IMG/VR virus record: IMGVR_UViG_3300048861_000280
Coordinates: 1-41,801 of that record
Length of the DNA stretch: 41,801 nt
Direction: 5' to 3' (one strand)
From: a virus
Lineage: Duplodnaviria > Caudoviricetes
The position numbers were made by a program, and so were the translations under genes. A model generated the notes under the pieces. It had not been told where the DNA came from. It saw only the letters and a program-made list of their open reading frames with translations, and made no database searches. Below are positions 9,430 through 17,617 of this stretch, piece by piece; the stretch's first letter is position 1; each line of letters begins with the position of its first letter.

Positions 9430-9454
9430 AACGAATAGCCCAGTCGGTGGTTCC
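9430..9454 (-). promoter_or_regulatory. EcfG/RpoE2 (general stress sigma) promoter GGAAC-N16-CGTT
   Basis: Minus strand reads GGAAC-caccgactgggctatt-CGTT-taccgac-ATG, an exact consensus 7 nt before the DUF982 start codon. Confidence 0.75.
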
Positions 9455-9457
9455 GCT

Positions 9458-9634
9458 TTGATCGACAACCACACCAACGACAGCGTTCCCTCGGGCGTCC
9501 ATATGCGGCGCTCGAAGGACACCATCACCATCAAATTTCGCACGGCAACAGTGACGCTCTCAGCTTCGGGGGCGGCAGAGCTGGCCCTTGCCCTACAGGA
9601 GCTGATACCTGACCACATACATTGCCGACGTTGA
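9458..9634 (+). CDS. Hypothetical protein (58 aa)
   Basis: TTG-start ORF filling the gap before PolA, read by hand. Confidence 0.4.
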   Translation: MIDNHTNDSVPSGVHMRRSKDTITIKFRTATVTLSASGAAELALALQELIPDHIHCRR

Positions 9635-11576
9635 GACCGATGGGCTCCTCGACGAACTAACGGTCATCCATTCCCTGTGCTTCGTCAATGAAGAGACAGG
9701 TTTCATTTACTCCTGCTGTGACCAGCCAGGATACATGGGCATTGAAGAAGGCCTGCGTATCTTGGAGCAGGGCGACATCCTCGTCTTCCACAATGGTCAA
9801 TCCTTCGACATCCCCGCGATCCAGAAGATTTACCCCTGGTTCCAACCAAAGGGCATCATTCGTGACACCCTGATCATGTCTCGGCAGATGTATCCTGACA
9901 TGCGCGACGCCGACTTCCGGCAAGCAGAGAAGGCCCAGTGGATACCTCAGAACATGTTCGGGCGTCACAGCCTGGAGAGTTGGGGGTATCGCGTTGGTCT
10001 CTGGAAAGGGGACTACGGTGCGAAGAAGAAGGCCGAGGGTAAAGCCCTTGGTCTGACCGGCGATGCGCTCACGGCTTACGTCTGGGGCACATGGTCCGAG
10101 GAGATGCAGGTCTATTGCGTGGGTGACATTGAGGTAACCCTTGCACTGTGGAGAAAGTTGCTCAAGAAGGACTTTTCCGACGAGAGCGTCCAGTTGGAGC
10201 ATGACGTCCAGCGCATCATCTCCCGGCAGGAAGCGCATGGGTGGGCCTTCGATGAGGAGGCAGCCTACAAGCTCTACGCCATGTTGCGCGGTGCCCAGGC
10301 CGACATCGAGAACAAGCTGGCCGAAGTCTTCTCACCATGGTTTCGCTATGACGAACTGGTTATGCCCACGGCAGACCGGCGCGTCAAGCGTTCCGACCTC
10401 GACATCACCATCACTGAGCGCAGGTTCAGCCCGAAGACCGGCAAGGAGCTAACGCCCTACGTCGGCCCGGTGCGTGAGCAATACTACGCCGGTGCGCAGT
10501 ACACGAAGATCAAGCTGAAGCCGTTCAATCCGGCCTCTCGGCCTGACATCGCGAACCGTCTGAAGAAGATCTACGGGTGGGTGCCGGTCGAGTTCACACC
10601 GAACGGTGACCCCAAGGTCGACGACGAAGTCCTAAGCAAGCTCAAGTATCCGGCAGCGCCCCTGCTGACCGAATACCTGCAGATCGCCAAGCTGACCGGC
10701 ATGTTGTCGGAAGGCAAGGAGGCCTGGCTAAAGGCTGTCCGCAACGGGCGCATCCACGGTCGAGTGAACACCATGGGGACCGTAACGTCCCGCATGACCC
10801 ACGCGAAACCGAACATGGCCCAGGTGCCCTCCGGTAAGATCAAGTGGGGCCACGAGTGCCGCGCCCTGTTCATCGCGAACAAGGGACAGGTGCTGGTAGG
10901 CTGTGACGCCGACGCCCTCGAACTGCGCTGCCTCGCTGGCTACATGGCCCGATGGGACAACGGCGCATACATCAAGACGATCCTCGAAGGCCGTAAGGAA
11001 GACGGCACGGATATGCACACGCTAAACGCCAAGGCGCTTGGATGTGACCGTGATACCGCCAAGACATGGATTTACGCCATGCTCTACGGGGCAGGGGACT
11101 TCAAACTCGGGGTGACCTTGGGTGCCCGTGGTTCCACCGAGAAGATATCTGCCGTGGGCAGGGCTGCCCGTAACAAGCTGATGAAGGCCTTCCCGGCTCT
11201 CAAGAAGCTGTCCGACGCATGCAAGGCCAGGGCTGCCGTAGGAAAACTCAAGGGGCTCGATGGTCGCTATGTTCCGATCCGGTCGGCTCACGCTGCCCTG
11301 AACACGCTCCTGCAGTCTGCCGGTGCCATCATCATGAAGAAGGGTCTTGTCATCCTCGACGACCTTCTCGGTGCAGAGGGCTTCATCTTCGGAGTTCACT
11401 TCGAGTTCGTCGGCAACATCCACGATGAATGGCAAATCTCCTGCAATCCCGACATAGCCGAACGTGTCGGCTTCCTCGCAACTGAAGCTATCCGCCTCGC
11501 TGGCGAAGCTCTTAACTTCCGATGCCCTCTTAAAGGGAACTACGACATCGGCAACAACTGGGGCGAAACCCACTGA
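9609..11576 (+). CDS. Family A DNA polymerase (gp5-like), probable CTG start
   Basis: ExoI DVET lies upstream of the track's ATG (9735). ExoII HNGQSFDIP, motif A DADALELR, motif B RDTAKTWIYAMLYGAG, motif C IHDEWQ. In-frame TGA at 9603; AGGAG 7 nt before CTG 9609. Confidence 0.95.
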   Translation: MTTYIADVETDGLLDELTVIHSLCFVNEETGFIYSCCDQPGYMGIEEGLRILEQGDILVFHNGQSFDIPAIQKIYPWFQPKGIIRDTLIMSRQMYPDMRDADFRQAEKAQWIPQNMFGRHSLESWGYRVGLWKGDYGAKKKAEGKALGLTGDALTAYVWGTWSEEMQVYCVGDIEVTLALWRKLLKKDFSDESVQLEHDVQRIISRQEAHGWAFDEEAAYKLYAMLRGAQADIENKLAEVFSPWFRYDELVMPTADRRVKRSDLDITITERRFSPKTGKELTPYVGPVREQYYAGAQYTKIKLKPFNPASRPDIANRLKKIYGWVPVEFTPNGDPKVDDEVLSKLKYPAAPLLTEYLQIAKLTGMLSEGKEAWLKAVRNGRIHGRVNTMGTVTSRMTHAKPNMAQVPSGKIKWGHECRALFIANKGQVLVGCDADALELRCLAGYMARWDNGAYIKTILEGRKEDGTDMHTLNAKALGCDRDTAKTWIYAMLYGAGDFKLGVTLGARGSTEKISAVGRAARNKLMKAFPALKKLSDACKARAAVGKLKGLDGRYVPIRSAHAALNTLLQSAGAIIMKKGLVILDDLLGAEGFIFGVHFEFVGNIHDEWQISCNPDIAERVGFLATEAIRLAGEALNFRCPLKGNYDIGNNWGETH

Positions 11577-11878
11577 TGCCTTCCACCAAGGGTGAACATC
11601 TGTACGTTCTTGTTCACCCGCTCTTCCCCAACCTCTGCAAAATTGGACAGACCTGCCGACCGAAAGAGCGGCTGAGTATGTACAACACATCCGACCCATA
11701 CAGGAGATTTACCTATGCCCATATCGAAGATGTCTACGATCGTGTCCTGGGTGAGCAAGCTGTACATCGTCTGTTGGCTTCGCACCGTGTCGGCAAAAGT
11801 GAGTGGTTCAAAATCCACCCAGACGACGCCATACGTACCCTACGAACCCTCCACGCCAGCACCCTTGTCACCGAGTGA
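11576..11878 (+). CDS. GIY-YIG-related T5orf172/MUG113-like protein
   Basis: LYVL..P....CKIGQT..PKERL...NT.DP...EQAVHRLL....SEWF pattern. Confidence 0.75.
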   Translation: MPSTKGEHLYVLVHPLFPNLCKIGQTCRPKERLSMYNTSDPYRRFTYAHIEDVYDRVLGEQAVHRLLASHRVGKSEWFKIHPDDAIRTLRTLHASTLVTE

Positions 11879-11935
11879 CGAGCAGGCAATGGCCGACAAC
11901 CTCACCAACACCTATGGCATCCGGAGCATCTACGC

Positions 11936-12088
11936 ATGATTGCACGCATTCAGAACAAATACATTCGACGCATGGTCCTCGTCGTGGCAGCCTCGGTGGG
12001 GGTGGTGGCTTCGGTTGTCCTCGGTGCCTTCGCGGGTGCCGTTGATTGCACCGTCGATCTCCTCCCGTATATCCGGAGGGCTTGGTGA
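11936..12088 (+). CDS. Small membrane peptide (50 aa)
   Basis: GGAG RBS; MIARIQNKYIRRMVLVVAASVGVVASVVLGAFAGAV...; GTGA overlap with the exonuclease. Confidence 0.55.
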   Translation: MIARIQNKYIRRMVLVVAASVGVVASVVLGAFAGAVDCTVDLLPYIRRAW

Positions 12089-12840
12089 GCTTAACGATAC
12101 TGCTCGACGCAGACATCTTAGTAGTCTCAGGCTGCGCCGCAGGCATGACCGAAATGGAGGGCGAGGACGACGAGTGGTTCTACTCCATCGACCTCAAGGA
12201 AGTGAAGAACTCCCTGCTTCACACCATCAAGCAATTCAAGAAGGAACTTGAAGCCACCCATGCAATCCTTTGCCTTTCACAAGGACCTACCTTCCGACAC
12301 GACATTTATCCAGACTATAAAGGTGGACGAGGCCGGAAACCTCTTGGTGTTGGTGCGGTCAAGAGATGGCTCGTCGAAGAGCATGGAGCTAAGGTCAAGC
12401 CGGGGATCGAGGCTGATGACAGCCTTGGTATCCTCGCTACGCACCCTTCACTGATCAAGGGCGACAAGATCATAGTCAGTGCCGACAAGGACCTGAAGAC
12501 GCTCCCAGGCAACCTCTATCACGGCGGCAACTGGCTGGAGATCGACGAGAACACCGCACGGTACAACTGGCTGCTACAGACGCTGACCGGAGATACCACT
12601 GACGGTTACCCTGGTTGCCCTGGGATGGGGCCGGTGTCCGCTCGCAAAATCCTCGACAAGCTCGACATCGAAAACGAGGCCGAGTGGTGGCCAGCCATCG
12701 TCGAAGCCTACGCCAACAAGAAGCTCGACGAAGAGTGCGCCCTCACGCAGGCACGTCTTGCCCGCATCCTCCACTACACCGACTACAACTTCAAGAAGAA
12801 GGAAGCCATTCTTTGGACACCAAAATCGATGCATTCGTGA
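12085..12840 (+). CDS. 5'-3' exonuclease (gp6-like)
   Basis: LLDADIL, FRHDIYPDYKGGR, EADD, SADKDLKT, GDTTDGYPGCPGMG. GGAGG RBS before GTG 12085. Confidence 0.95.
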   Translation: MSLTILLDADILVVSGCAAGMTEMEGEDDEWFYSIDLKEVKNSLLHTIKQFKKELEATHAILCLSQGPTFRHDIYPDYKGGRGRKPLGVGAVKRWLVEEHGAKVKPGIEADDSLGILATHPSLIKGDKIIVSADKDLKTLPGNLYHGGNWLEIDENTARYNWLLQTLTGDTTDGYPGCPGMGPVSARKILDKLDIENEAEWWPAIVEAYANKKLDEECALTQARLARILHYTDYNFKKKEAILWTPKSMHS

Positions 12841-13016
12841 TCGACGCGGAATGGGACCTGAACCACATGGACCTCGTGTTCGGTTCACGGTTCAAGGCAC
12901 GGACGTGGCTGAACAACAGCCGTGACGTTGCAGAAGTCTGCGCCGCTGACGGATGCACAGTATCAGACCTGTTCGACGAAGGTCTGCTCAACATCCGAGA
13001 GGTAACGTACATCTAA
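12837..13016 (+). CDS. Hypothetical protein
   Basis: GTGA-coupled ORF VIDAEWDLNHMDLVFGS...; start uncertain. Confidence 0.5.
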   Translation: MIDAEWDLNHMDLVFGSRFKARTWLNNSRDVAEVCAADGCTVSDLFDEGLLNIREVTYI

Positions 13017-13270
13017 TGTCCACCATTAAGTCTGACGGTGGTTCGTCAGATTACTACAAGATACCTGCGGGTGCCACCGATCTACTCGACCTGATCGAAC
13101 ACAAGCGGATGGAGTTCGGTATCGGAAATCTGTTCAAGGCCGTCTACAGGCTCGGAGACAAGGAAGGTACGACCATTCGGTACGACCTCAACAAAATCAT
13201 CTTCTTCGCTCAGCGTGAGCTTGACCGGCTCGACCGGGAAGAGATGGCCCGACTTGACGACCTCATCTGA
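13016..13270 (+). CDS. DUF3310/gp1.7-like protein
   Basis: GGSSDYY...LIE...F.IGNLFKAVYRLGDK......DLNKIIFFA; GAGG RBS. Confidence 0.65.
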   Translation: MSTIKSDGGSSDYYKIPAGATDLLDLIEHKRMEFGIGNLFKAVYRLGDKEGTTIRYDLNKIIFFAQRELDRLDREEMARLDDLI

Positions 13271-13306
13271 CAACGCATCCACTCTCGTGACAATCGCGAG
13301 GGTGGA

Positions 13307-13324
13307 TATTAACCCCCCCAATAG
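13307..13324 (+). promoter_or_regulatory. Putative phage RNAP promoter TATTAACCCCCCCAATAG
   Basis: Matches the 4051 and 35264 copies; lies at the start of the structural block (phi6.5-like position). Confidence 0.8.
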
Positions 13325-13341
13325 CACTTTGATGGTGATCC

Positions 13342-13539
13342 ATGGATGAAGCTCCGTTTATACCTAAGGATATCGTAAGGTTTCTTAAGGAGGCCTTTCC
13401 CGATCATCTTCCGAGTAATTTGTTAACCCTCACCGACAGGGCTGTAGGTGCCCTCCACGGTAGACAAGAAGTTGTCCGCTTCCTTGAGGCACACCTCGCT
13501 GCCCAGGAAGAAACACATGTGTCCACCCAAACAGCCTAA
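13342..13539 (+). CDS. Small hypothetical protein (gp6.5-like position)
   Basis: 65-aa ORF directly after the promoter. Confidence 0.7.
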   Translation: MDEAPFIPKDIVRFLKEAFPDHLPSNLLTLTDRAVGALHGRQEVVRFLEAHLAAQEETHVSTQTA

Positions 13540-13747
13540 GATACAGAAGGCAGACCCGGTGCAGGCAGCGCCTCCTCCGGTTGACGCACCCCAGGCACCT
13601 GTCCTCAACGAGGTGGGTGCGACTGGTACCTCCGTAGACCTCGCCACTGCTGCTGCAAAGCGCAAAGGCAAGAAGTCTCTGGTCAACACCCTCAACACCC
13701 CGGCTCCCACGGTTCGTCCTCAGATTGGCGTTAACGTCCCGATCTAA
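13517..13747 (+). CDS. Small virion/tail assembly protein (gp6.7/7.3-like)
   Basis: MC..K.PK start, Pro/Ala-rich, KRKGKKSL motif, just before the portal. Confidence 0.7.
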   Translation: MCPPKQPKIQKADPVQAAPPPVDAPQAPVLNEVGATGTSVDLATAAAKRKGKKSLVNTLNTPAPTVRPQIGVNVPI

Positions 13748-15339
13748 TGGCTAAGCCTGTAGTAGTCGACGACGTCAAGGCCAAAGCCCTATACAATGCC
13801 CTGGTTCAAGATCGTAACCCTTACGTCACCAGAGCGCAGCGTAACGCCGCAATCACCGTACCATACCTGTTCCCTAAGGATGGCACGACCGGCGCATCGG
13901 ACCTTGACAACACCAATCAATCCCTGGGTTCCCGTGGTGTCCGACAGCTTGCATCAAAGCTGCAGATGGCCCTCTACCCAGTCAATGCCCCATTCTTCAA
14001 ATACCAGATCGACGACCTCGCCCTGGCTGCACTGACGAAGTCTACGGACAAGCGCGGTGAAGTCGAGGCTGCCCTGTCTGCCCGTGAACGTGCTGTCATC
14101 AACGAGATGAATAGCTCCATGTTCAGGCCGATCAGCTTTGAAGCATGCCGACAACTTATCGTCTCCGGCAACTATCTTCTCTACATCCCGAAGAAAGGTA
14201 AGCCCCGGGGTTTCCGCCTTTCCTCCTATGTTGTCCAGCGTGACCCTTCCGGAAACGTTCTGGATATCGTTGTCCTTGAGACGATTGCCAAGACAGCCCT
14301 CCCGCCCGACATCCGTGCAGCACTTCCGCCTGCAGACGCCACCCTTGGTCGCGATGCCAAGGTTGAGTTGTACACTCGGATTAGCCTAAGCGACGACGGT
14401 ACCACCTATGTTGTCACCCAGGAGATCGATGACCTTGTCGTTCCAGGCGAGTTCACCGGCACGTACCCTGCGGACAAACTCCCGTGGCTGCCGATCCGTC
14501 TGACGGTCCTCGAAGGTGAAGACTACGGTCGCGCCTTCGTCGATGAGTTCATTGGCGACCTAACGTCCCTCAATGCTTTGACCGGAGCTATCCGCGATGG
14601 AACCATGCAGGCCGCTAAGGTTGTCTGGCTCGTCGCGCCTAACTCGACCACGTCCGCTACCAAACTGGCCAAGGCTGAGAATGGTGGCTTCGTTCAAGGC
14701 AAGCAGGACGACGTAACCTGCCTCCAGATGGAGAAGCAGGCAGACTTCAGCGTAGCCGAACGCCTGATCCAATCCCTGACCGAACGCCTCTCTTACGGCT
14801 TCCTCCTCAACAGCGCCATCCAGCGCAACGGTGAGCGAGTGACCGCAGAGGAGATCCGCTTCATGGCTGGTGAACTTGATCAAGGTCTCGGCGGCATTTA
14901 CTCGCTGCTGGCCGAAGAGTTCCAGATGCCTGTCGCCAAGCTCTATGGTCTCCGCATGGAGAGCGTACGCAAGGTACCGCCGCTACCGAAGGAAATCTCC
15001 AGCACGTCCATCGTGACCGGCCTGGATGCCCTTGGTCGTGGTAACGATCTGACGAACCTCGACACCTTCATTCAGGGTGCCGCACAGACGTTCGGTCCTC
15101 AGGTCATTCAGCAGCGCATCAACGACGGCGAATACTTCAAGCGTCGTGGCGCATCTCTTGGCATCGACACTGGTGGCCTTGTTCGTACCGATCAGGAACT
15201 CCAGGCAGAAGTCGACGCCGAACATCAGCGTGCAATGATGCTGGCCGGTGCACCCAATGCGGTGGCCCAGGCTGGCGGTGCAATGCGCGATCAACAGCAA
15301 CAGGCCGCAGACGCAGCCCAACCTCAAGGACCGCAATGA
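13747..15339 (+). CDS. Head-tail connector (portal, gp8-like)
   Basis: LASKLQMALYP, YVVQRDPSGN, GEDYGR, ERVTAEEIR, LGGIYSLLAEEFQ, GLDALGRG. Confidence 0.97.
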   Translation: MAKPVVVDDVKAKALYNALVQDRNPYVTRAQRNAAITVPYLFPKDGTTGASDLDNTNQSLGSRGVRQLASKLQMALYPVNAPFFKYQIDDLALAALTKSTDKRGEVEAALSARERAVINEMNSSMFRPISFEACRQLIVSGNYLLYIPKKGKPRGFRLSSYVVQRDPSGNVLDIVVLETIAKTALPPDIRAALPPADATLGRDAKVELYTRISLSDDGTTYVVTQEIDDLVVPGEFTGTYPADKLPWLPIRLTVLEGEDYGRAFVDEFIGDLTSLNALTGAIRDGTMQAAKVVWLVAPNSTTSATKLAKAENGGFVQGKQDDVTCLQMEKQADFSVAERLIQSLTERLSYGFLLNSAIQRNGERVTAEEIRFMAGELDQGLGGIYSLLAEEFQMPVAKLYGLRMESVRKVPPLPKEISSTSIVTGLDALGRGNDLTNLDTFIQGAAQTFGPQVIQQRINDGEYFKRRGASLGIDTGGLVRTDQELQAEVDAEHQRAMMLAGAPNAVAQAGGAMRDQQQQAADAAQPQGPQ

Positions 15340-15473
15340 GCGACGAAACTACCACGGTGACCGAAGACGTCACCCCGAAGAAGACACGGACCCGTAAGGT
15401 GCAGACCCAGGACACCGTAGTCCCCGAGGGTAGCGTCCTGCTTAAAAGCGGCAACGTGTACACGCCAGCATAA
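15336..15473 (+). CDS. Small hypothetical protein (45 aa)
   Basis: AAGGA RBS; ATGA and TAATG overlaps with portal and scaffold. Confidence 0.6.
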   Translation: MSDETTTVTEDVTPKKTRTRKVQTQDTVVPEGSVLLKSGNVYTPA

Positions 15474-16345
15474 TGGAAAGCATCACCGTAAACGCAGGGT
15501 CTGAACCTTCCGAGGAACAGGCCACTGCAGCACTCGAAGCCGCAGCAGCGACTGCACCGACGACCACCGAAGAAGCTCTTCAGGCAAAGGCCGAAGCAGC
15601 AGAAGCGCTCAAGCTACCCGAGAAATTCAAGTCCCCGGCAGACCTACTGAAGGCCTATCAGGAACTGGAACGGAAGCTTGGCGAAGGCAAGACCGACGAA
15701 ACCACTGAGGCTGTCGAGGGTGAAGAATCAGGGGACGATCTCCCCGAAGTAATCACCGAAGATGACGTTGAGGAAGCATCCGAAGAGGAAGCCCCGGTCG
15801 AAGAGGTCGAGGAAGATACCGATGAGGTTGACACCGAGACTCCTCTCACCGCTACCGAAGTCGTCGAATACCTGACCGATCGTTTCTCTGCACAGGAAGG
15901 CAAGCTTTCCGAAGAGGACTATGGTCTGGCCGAGGAGCTTGGTTACGACCGCAGCATGGTCGACGCCTACATCCGTGGCCAGCAGGCCGCACAGGAACTG
16001 GCTGACATCAAGATCAACGAAGCTGCCGGTGGCAAGGACAATCTCGAAGCAATGCTCATCTGGGCAGCGACGGGCCTGACCAAGGCAGAGATCGACAGCT
16101 ACAACGCAACCCTCGCAGACAATGACGTAACCAAAGCCACCCTCGGTGTCGCCCAGTTGCGTGAACGTTACGAGGCCTATCACGGACGTGAACCAAGGCT
16201 GCTCGGTGGTAAACCGGCGCGGACCACGGTGTCATCCTTCAATTCGTGGGCCGACGTAACAGCCGCTATGTCTGACAAACGCTACGGCAAGGACGCAGCC
16301 TACACGGCCCAGGTCTCTGCCAAGCTTGAGCGTTCCTCTCTGTAA
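15473..16345 (+). CDS. Capsid scaffolding protein (gp9-like)
   Basis: LPEKFKS..DL.KAYQELE, acidic, C-terminal AMSDKRY.KD.AY...V..KL; follows the portal. Confidence 0.92.
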   Translation: MESITVNAGSEPSEEQATAALEAAAATAPTTTEEALQAKAEAAEALKLPEKFKSPADLLKAYQELERKLGEGKTDETTEAVEGEESGDDLPEVITEDDVEEASEEEAPVEEVEEDTDEVDTETPLTATEVVEYLTDRFSAQEGKLSEEDYGLAEELGYDRSMVDAYIRGQQAAQELADIKINEAAGGKDNLEAMLIWAATGLTKAEIDSYNATLADNDVTKATLGVAQLRERYEAYHGREPRLLGGKPARTTVSSFNSWADVTAAMSDKRYGKDAAYTAQVSAKLERSSL

Positions 16346-16460
16346 TATCGTGGTGGCGTCTAATGTTCGTATGACGCCTTAATGACTGTCGAGATAAGTG
16401 CAGCACCACATAGCCGTGGGACCGAGGCGTTGTATCGGGACCTAATTCACAAAGGACAAC

Positions 16461-16859
16461 ATGCCAATCACTCTGAGCGCCAAGAGCCTCGGACAGCTTG
16501 ACCATGTGCACCCTGACCTCGTCCGCGTGGTCAAGAGGCTGGCCCAGATTTCGACCATGGACTTCACGGTTCTGGAAGGATCGCGGTCTCTTGCACAGGA
16601 AAAGTTGAACGTCGCTAAGGGCGTGTCCACCACCATGAACTCCCGGCATCTCATCGGCAAGGACGGCTACGCCCATGCTGTCGATATCGCCCCTCTGGTC
16701 AAAGGTCAGGTGACCTGGGACTGGGCCGTCTACAACAAGTTCTCTCCAATCGTGAAGCAGGCCGCTGCTCTCGAACACGTCCCGATCGAATGGGGCGGTG
16801 ACTGGAAGACATTCAAGGACGGGCCGCACTACCAGCTTCCGTTCAAGCAGTACCCGTAA
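16461..16859 (+). CDS. Endolysin, M15-family peptidase
   Basis: VHPDLVRVV, EGSRS, SRHL...HAVD, WGGDW..FKDGPHYQL. Confidence 0.92.
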   Translation: MPITLSAKSLGQLDHVHPDLVRVVKRLAQISTMDFTVLEGSRSLAQEKLNVAKGVSTTMNSRHLIGKDGYAHAVDIAPLVKGQVTWDWAVYNKFSPIVKQAAALEHVPIEWGGDWKTFKDGPHYQLPFKQYP

Positions 16860-17083
16860 TGCACCATCGCTCAACCAGAAAGACTTCGAAGCTCTGGTTG
16901 GGTGTCTCCATGGTCCTCTCGTGGACAGCCCTCGCAGCCACAATCTATCTCAAGCTTGAGACGGCTGCGGTGGGCATCACGGTCCTCATCCCCGCGATGT
17001 ACACGACCTACGCCACCATCGGGCACATGGATTATCGACAAGCCCTCGCCAATACCCAAACACCGGACACCGTAACCCAATGA
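16859..17083 (+). CDS. Putative holin (2 TM)
   Basis: Basic N-terminus and two hydrophobic segments, between the endolysin and the spanins. Confidence 0.65.
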   Translation: MHHRSTRKTSKLWLGVSMVLSWTALAATIYLKLETAAVGITVLIPAMYTTYATIGHMDYRQALANTQTPDTVTQ

Positions 17084-17412
17084 CACTGGCATTCTTCATG
17101 AAATGGATTGCACCACTCCTCGCAGTTCTCGCCGTTGTCGGGATCATCTACGGCAAAGGGCGCATCGATAGTGCACACAACGCGGAACTCGCCGACGTCC
17201 AGGGGCAACTCGCTGTAGCACAGCAGTCCCTTAAGACCGAACAGGCAGCCCGTGTCTCCGACGCCAATGCGGCCAAGGAGCAGGCAGAACACCTATCCCA
17301 ACTCAACACGAACATTGATGGACTGAACGCCTATGTTGACGCGCTTCAAGATGCCAATCGTGAGTGCCTTAGTGGCGCTGACAATGACAGGCTGCGCCAG
17401 CTTTGGCGTTAA
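17080..17412 (+). CDS. Putative i-spanin (Rz-like)
   Basis: N-terminal TM followed by a coiled-coil region with a C-terminal Cys. Confidence 0.75.
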   Translation: MTLAFFMKWIAPLLAVLAVVGIIYGKGRIDSAHNAELADVQGQLAVAQQSLKTEQAARVSDANAAKEQAEHLSQLNTNIDGLNAYVDALQDANRECLSGADNDRLRQLWR

Positions 17413-17617
17413 GCAGCTACCTCCTGTTTACCCTGAACTACCTTCGGACCTTCGCATCTGTTTCGACAAGATCGTCCCGGCACCGGCTCAGGGCTCGCTC
17501 AGCAAGAAGGACATTATCGACCTGATCGCCAAGCTGAAAGTATCCGAAACCACGAAGACGGACTGTGGCAAGCGCCTAATCCAGTTCTACGACAACCTGG
17601 GGAAACGCCATGTCTGA
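17351..17617 (+). CDS. Putative o-spanin (Rz1-like lipoprotein)
   Basis: Signal peptide with lipobox (ALTMTG-C), Pro-rich, overlapping the i-spanin 3' end in another frame. Confidence 0.75.
   Translation: MPIVSALVALTMTGCASFGVKQLPPVYPELPSDLRICFDKIVPAPAQGSLSKKDIIDLIAKLKVSETTKTDCGKRLIQFYDNLGKRHV

Noticed and set aside
9171-9461. 96-aa plus-strand ORF after primase-helicase
   Set aside because: Antisense to the better-supported DUF982-like gene with its own promoter; no recognisable features.
16350-16410. tRNA or hammerhead ribozyme
   Set aside because: No T-loop/anticodon cloverleaf and no CUGANGA...GAAA core.
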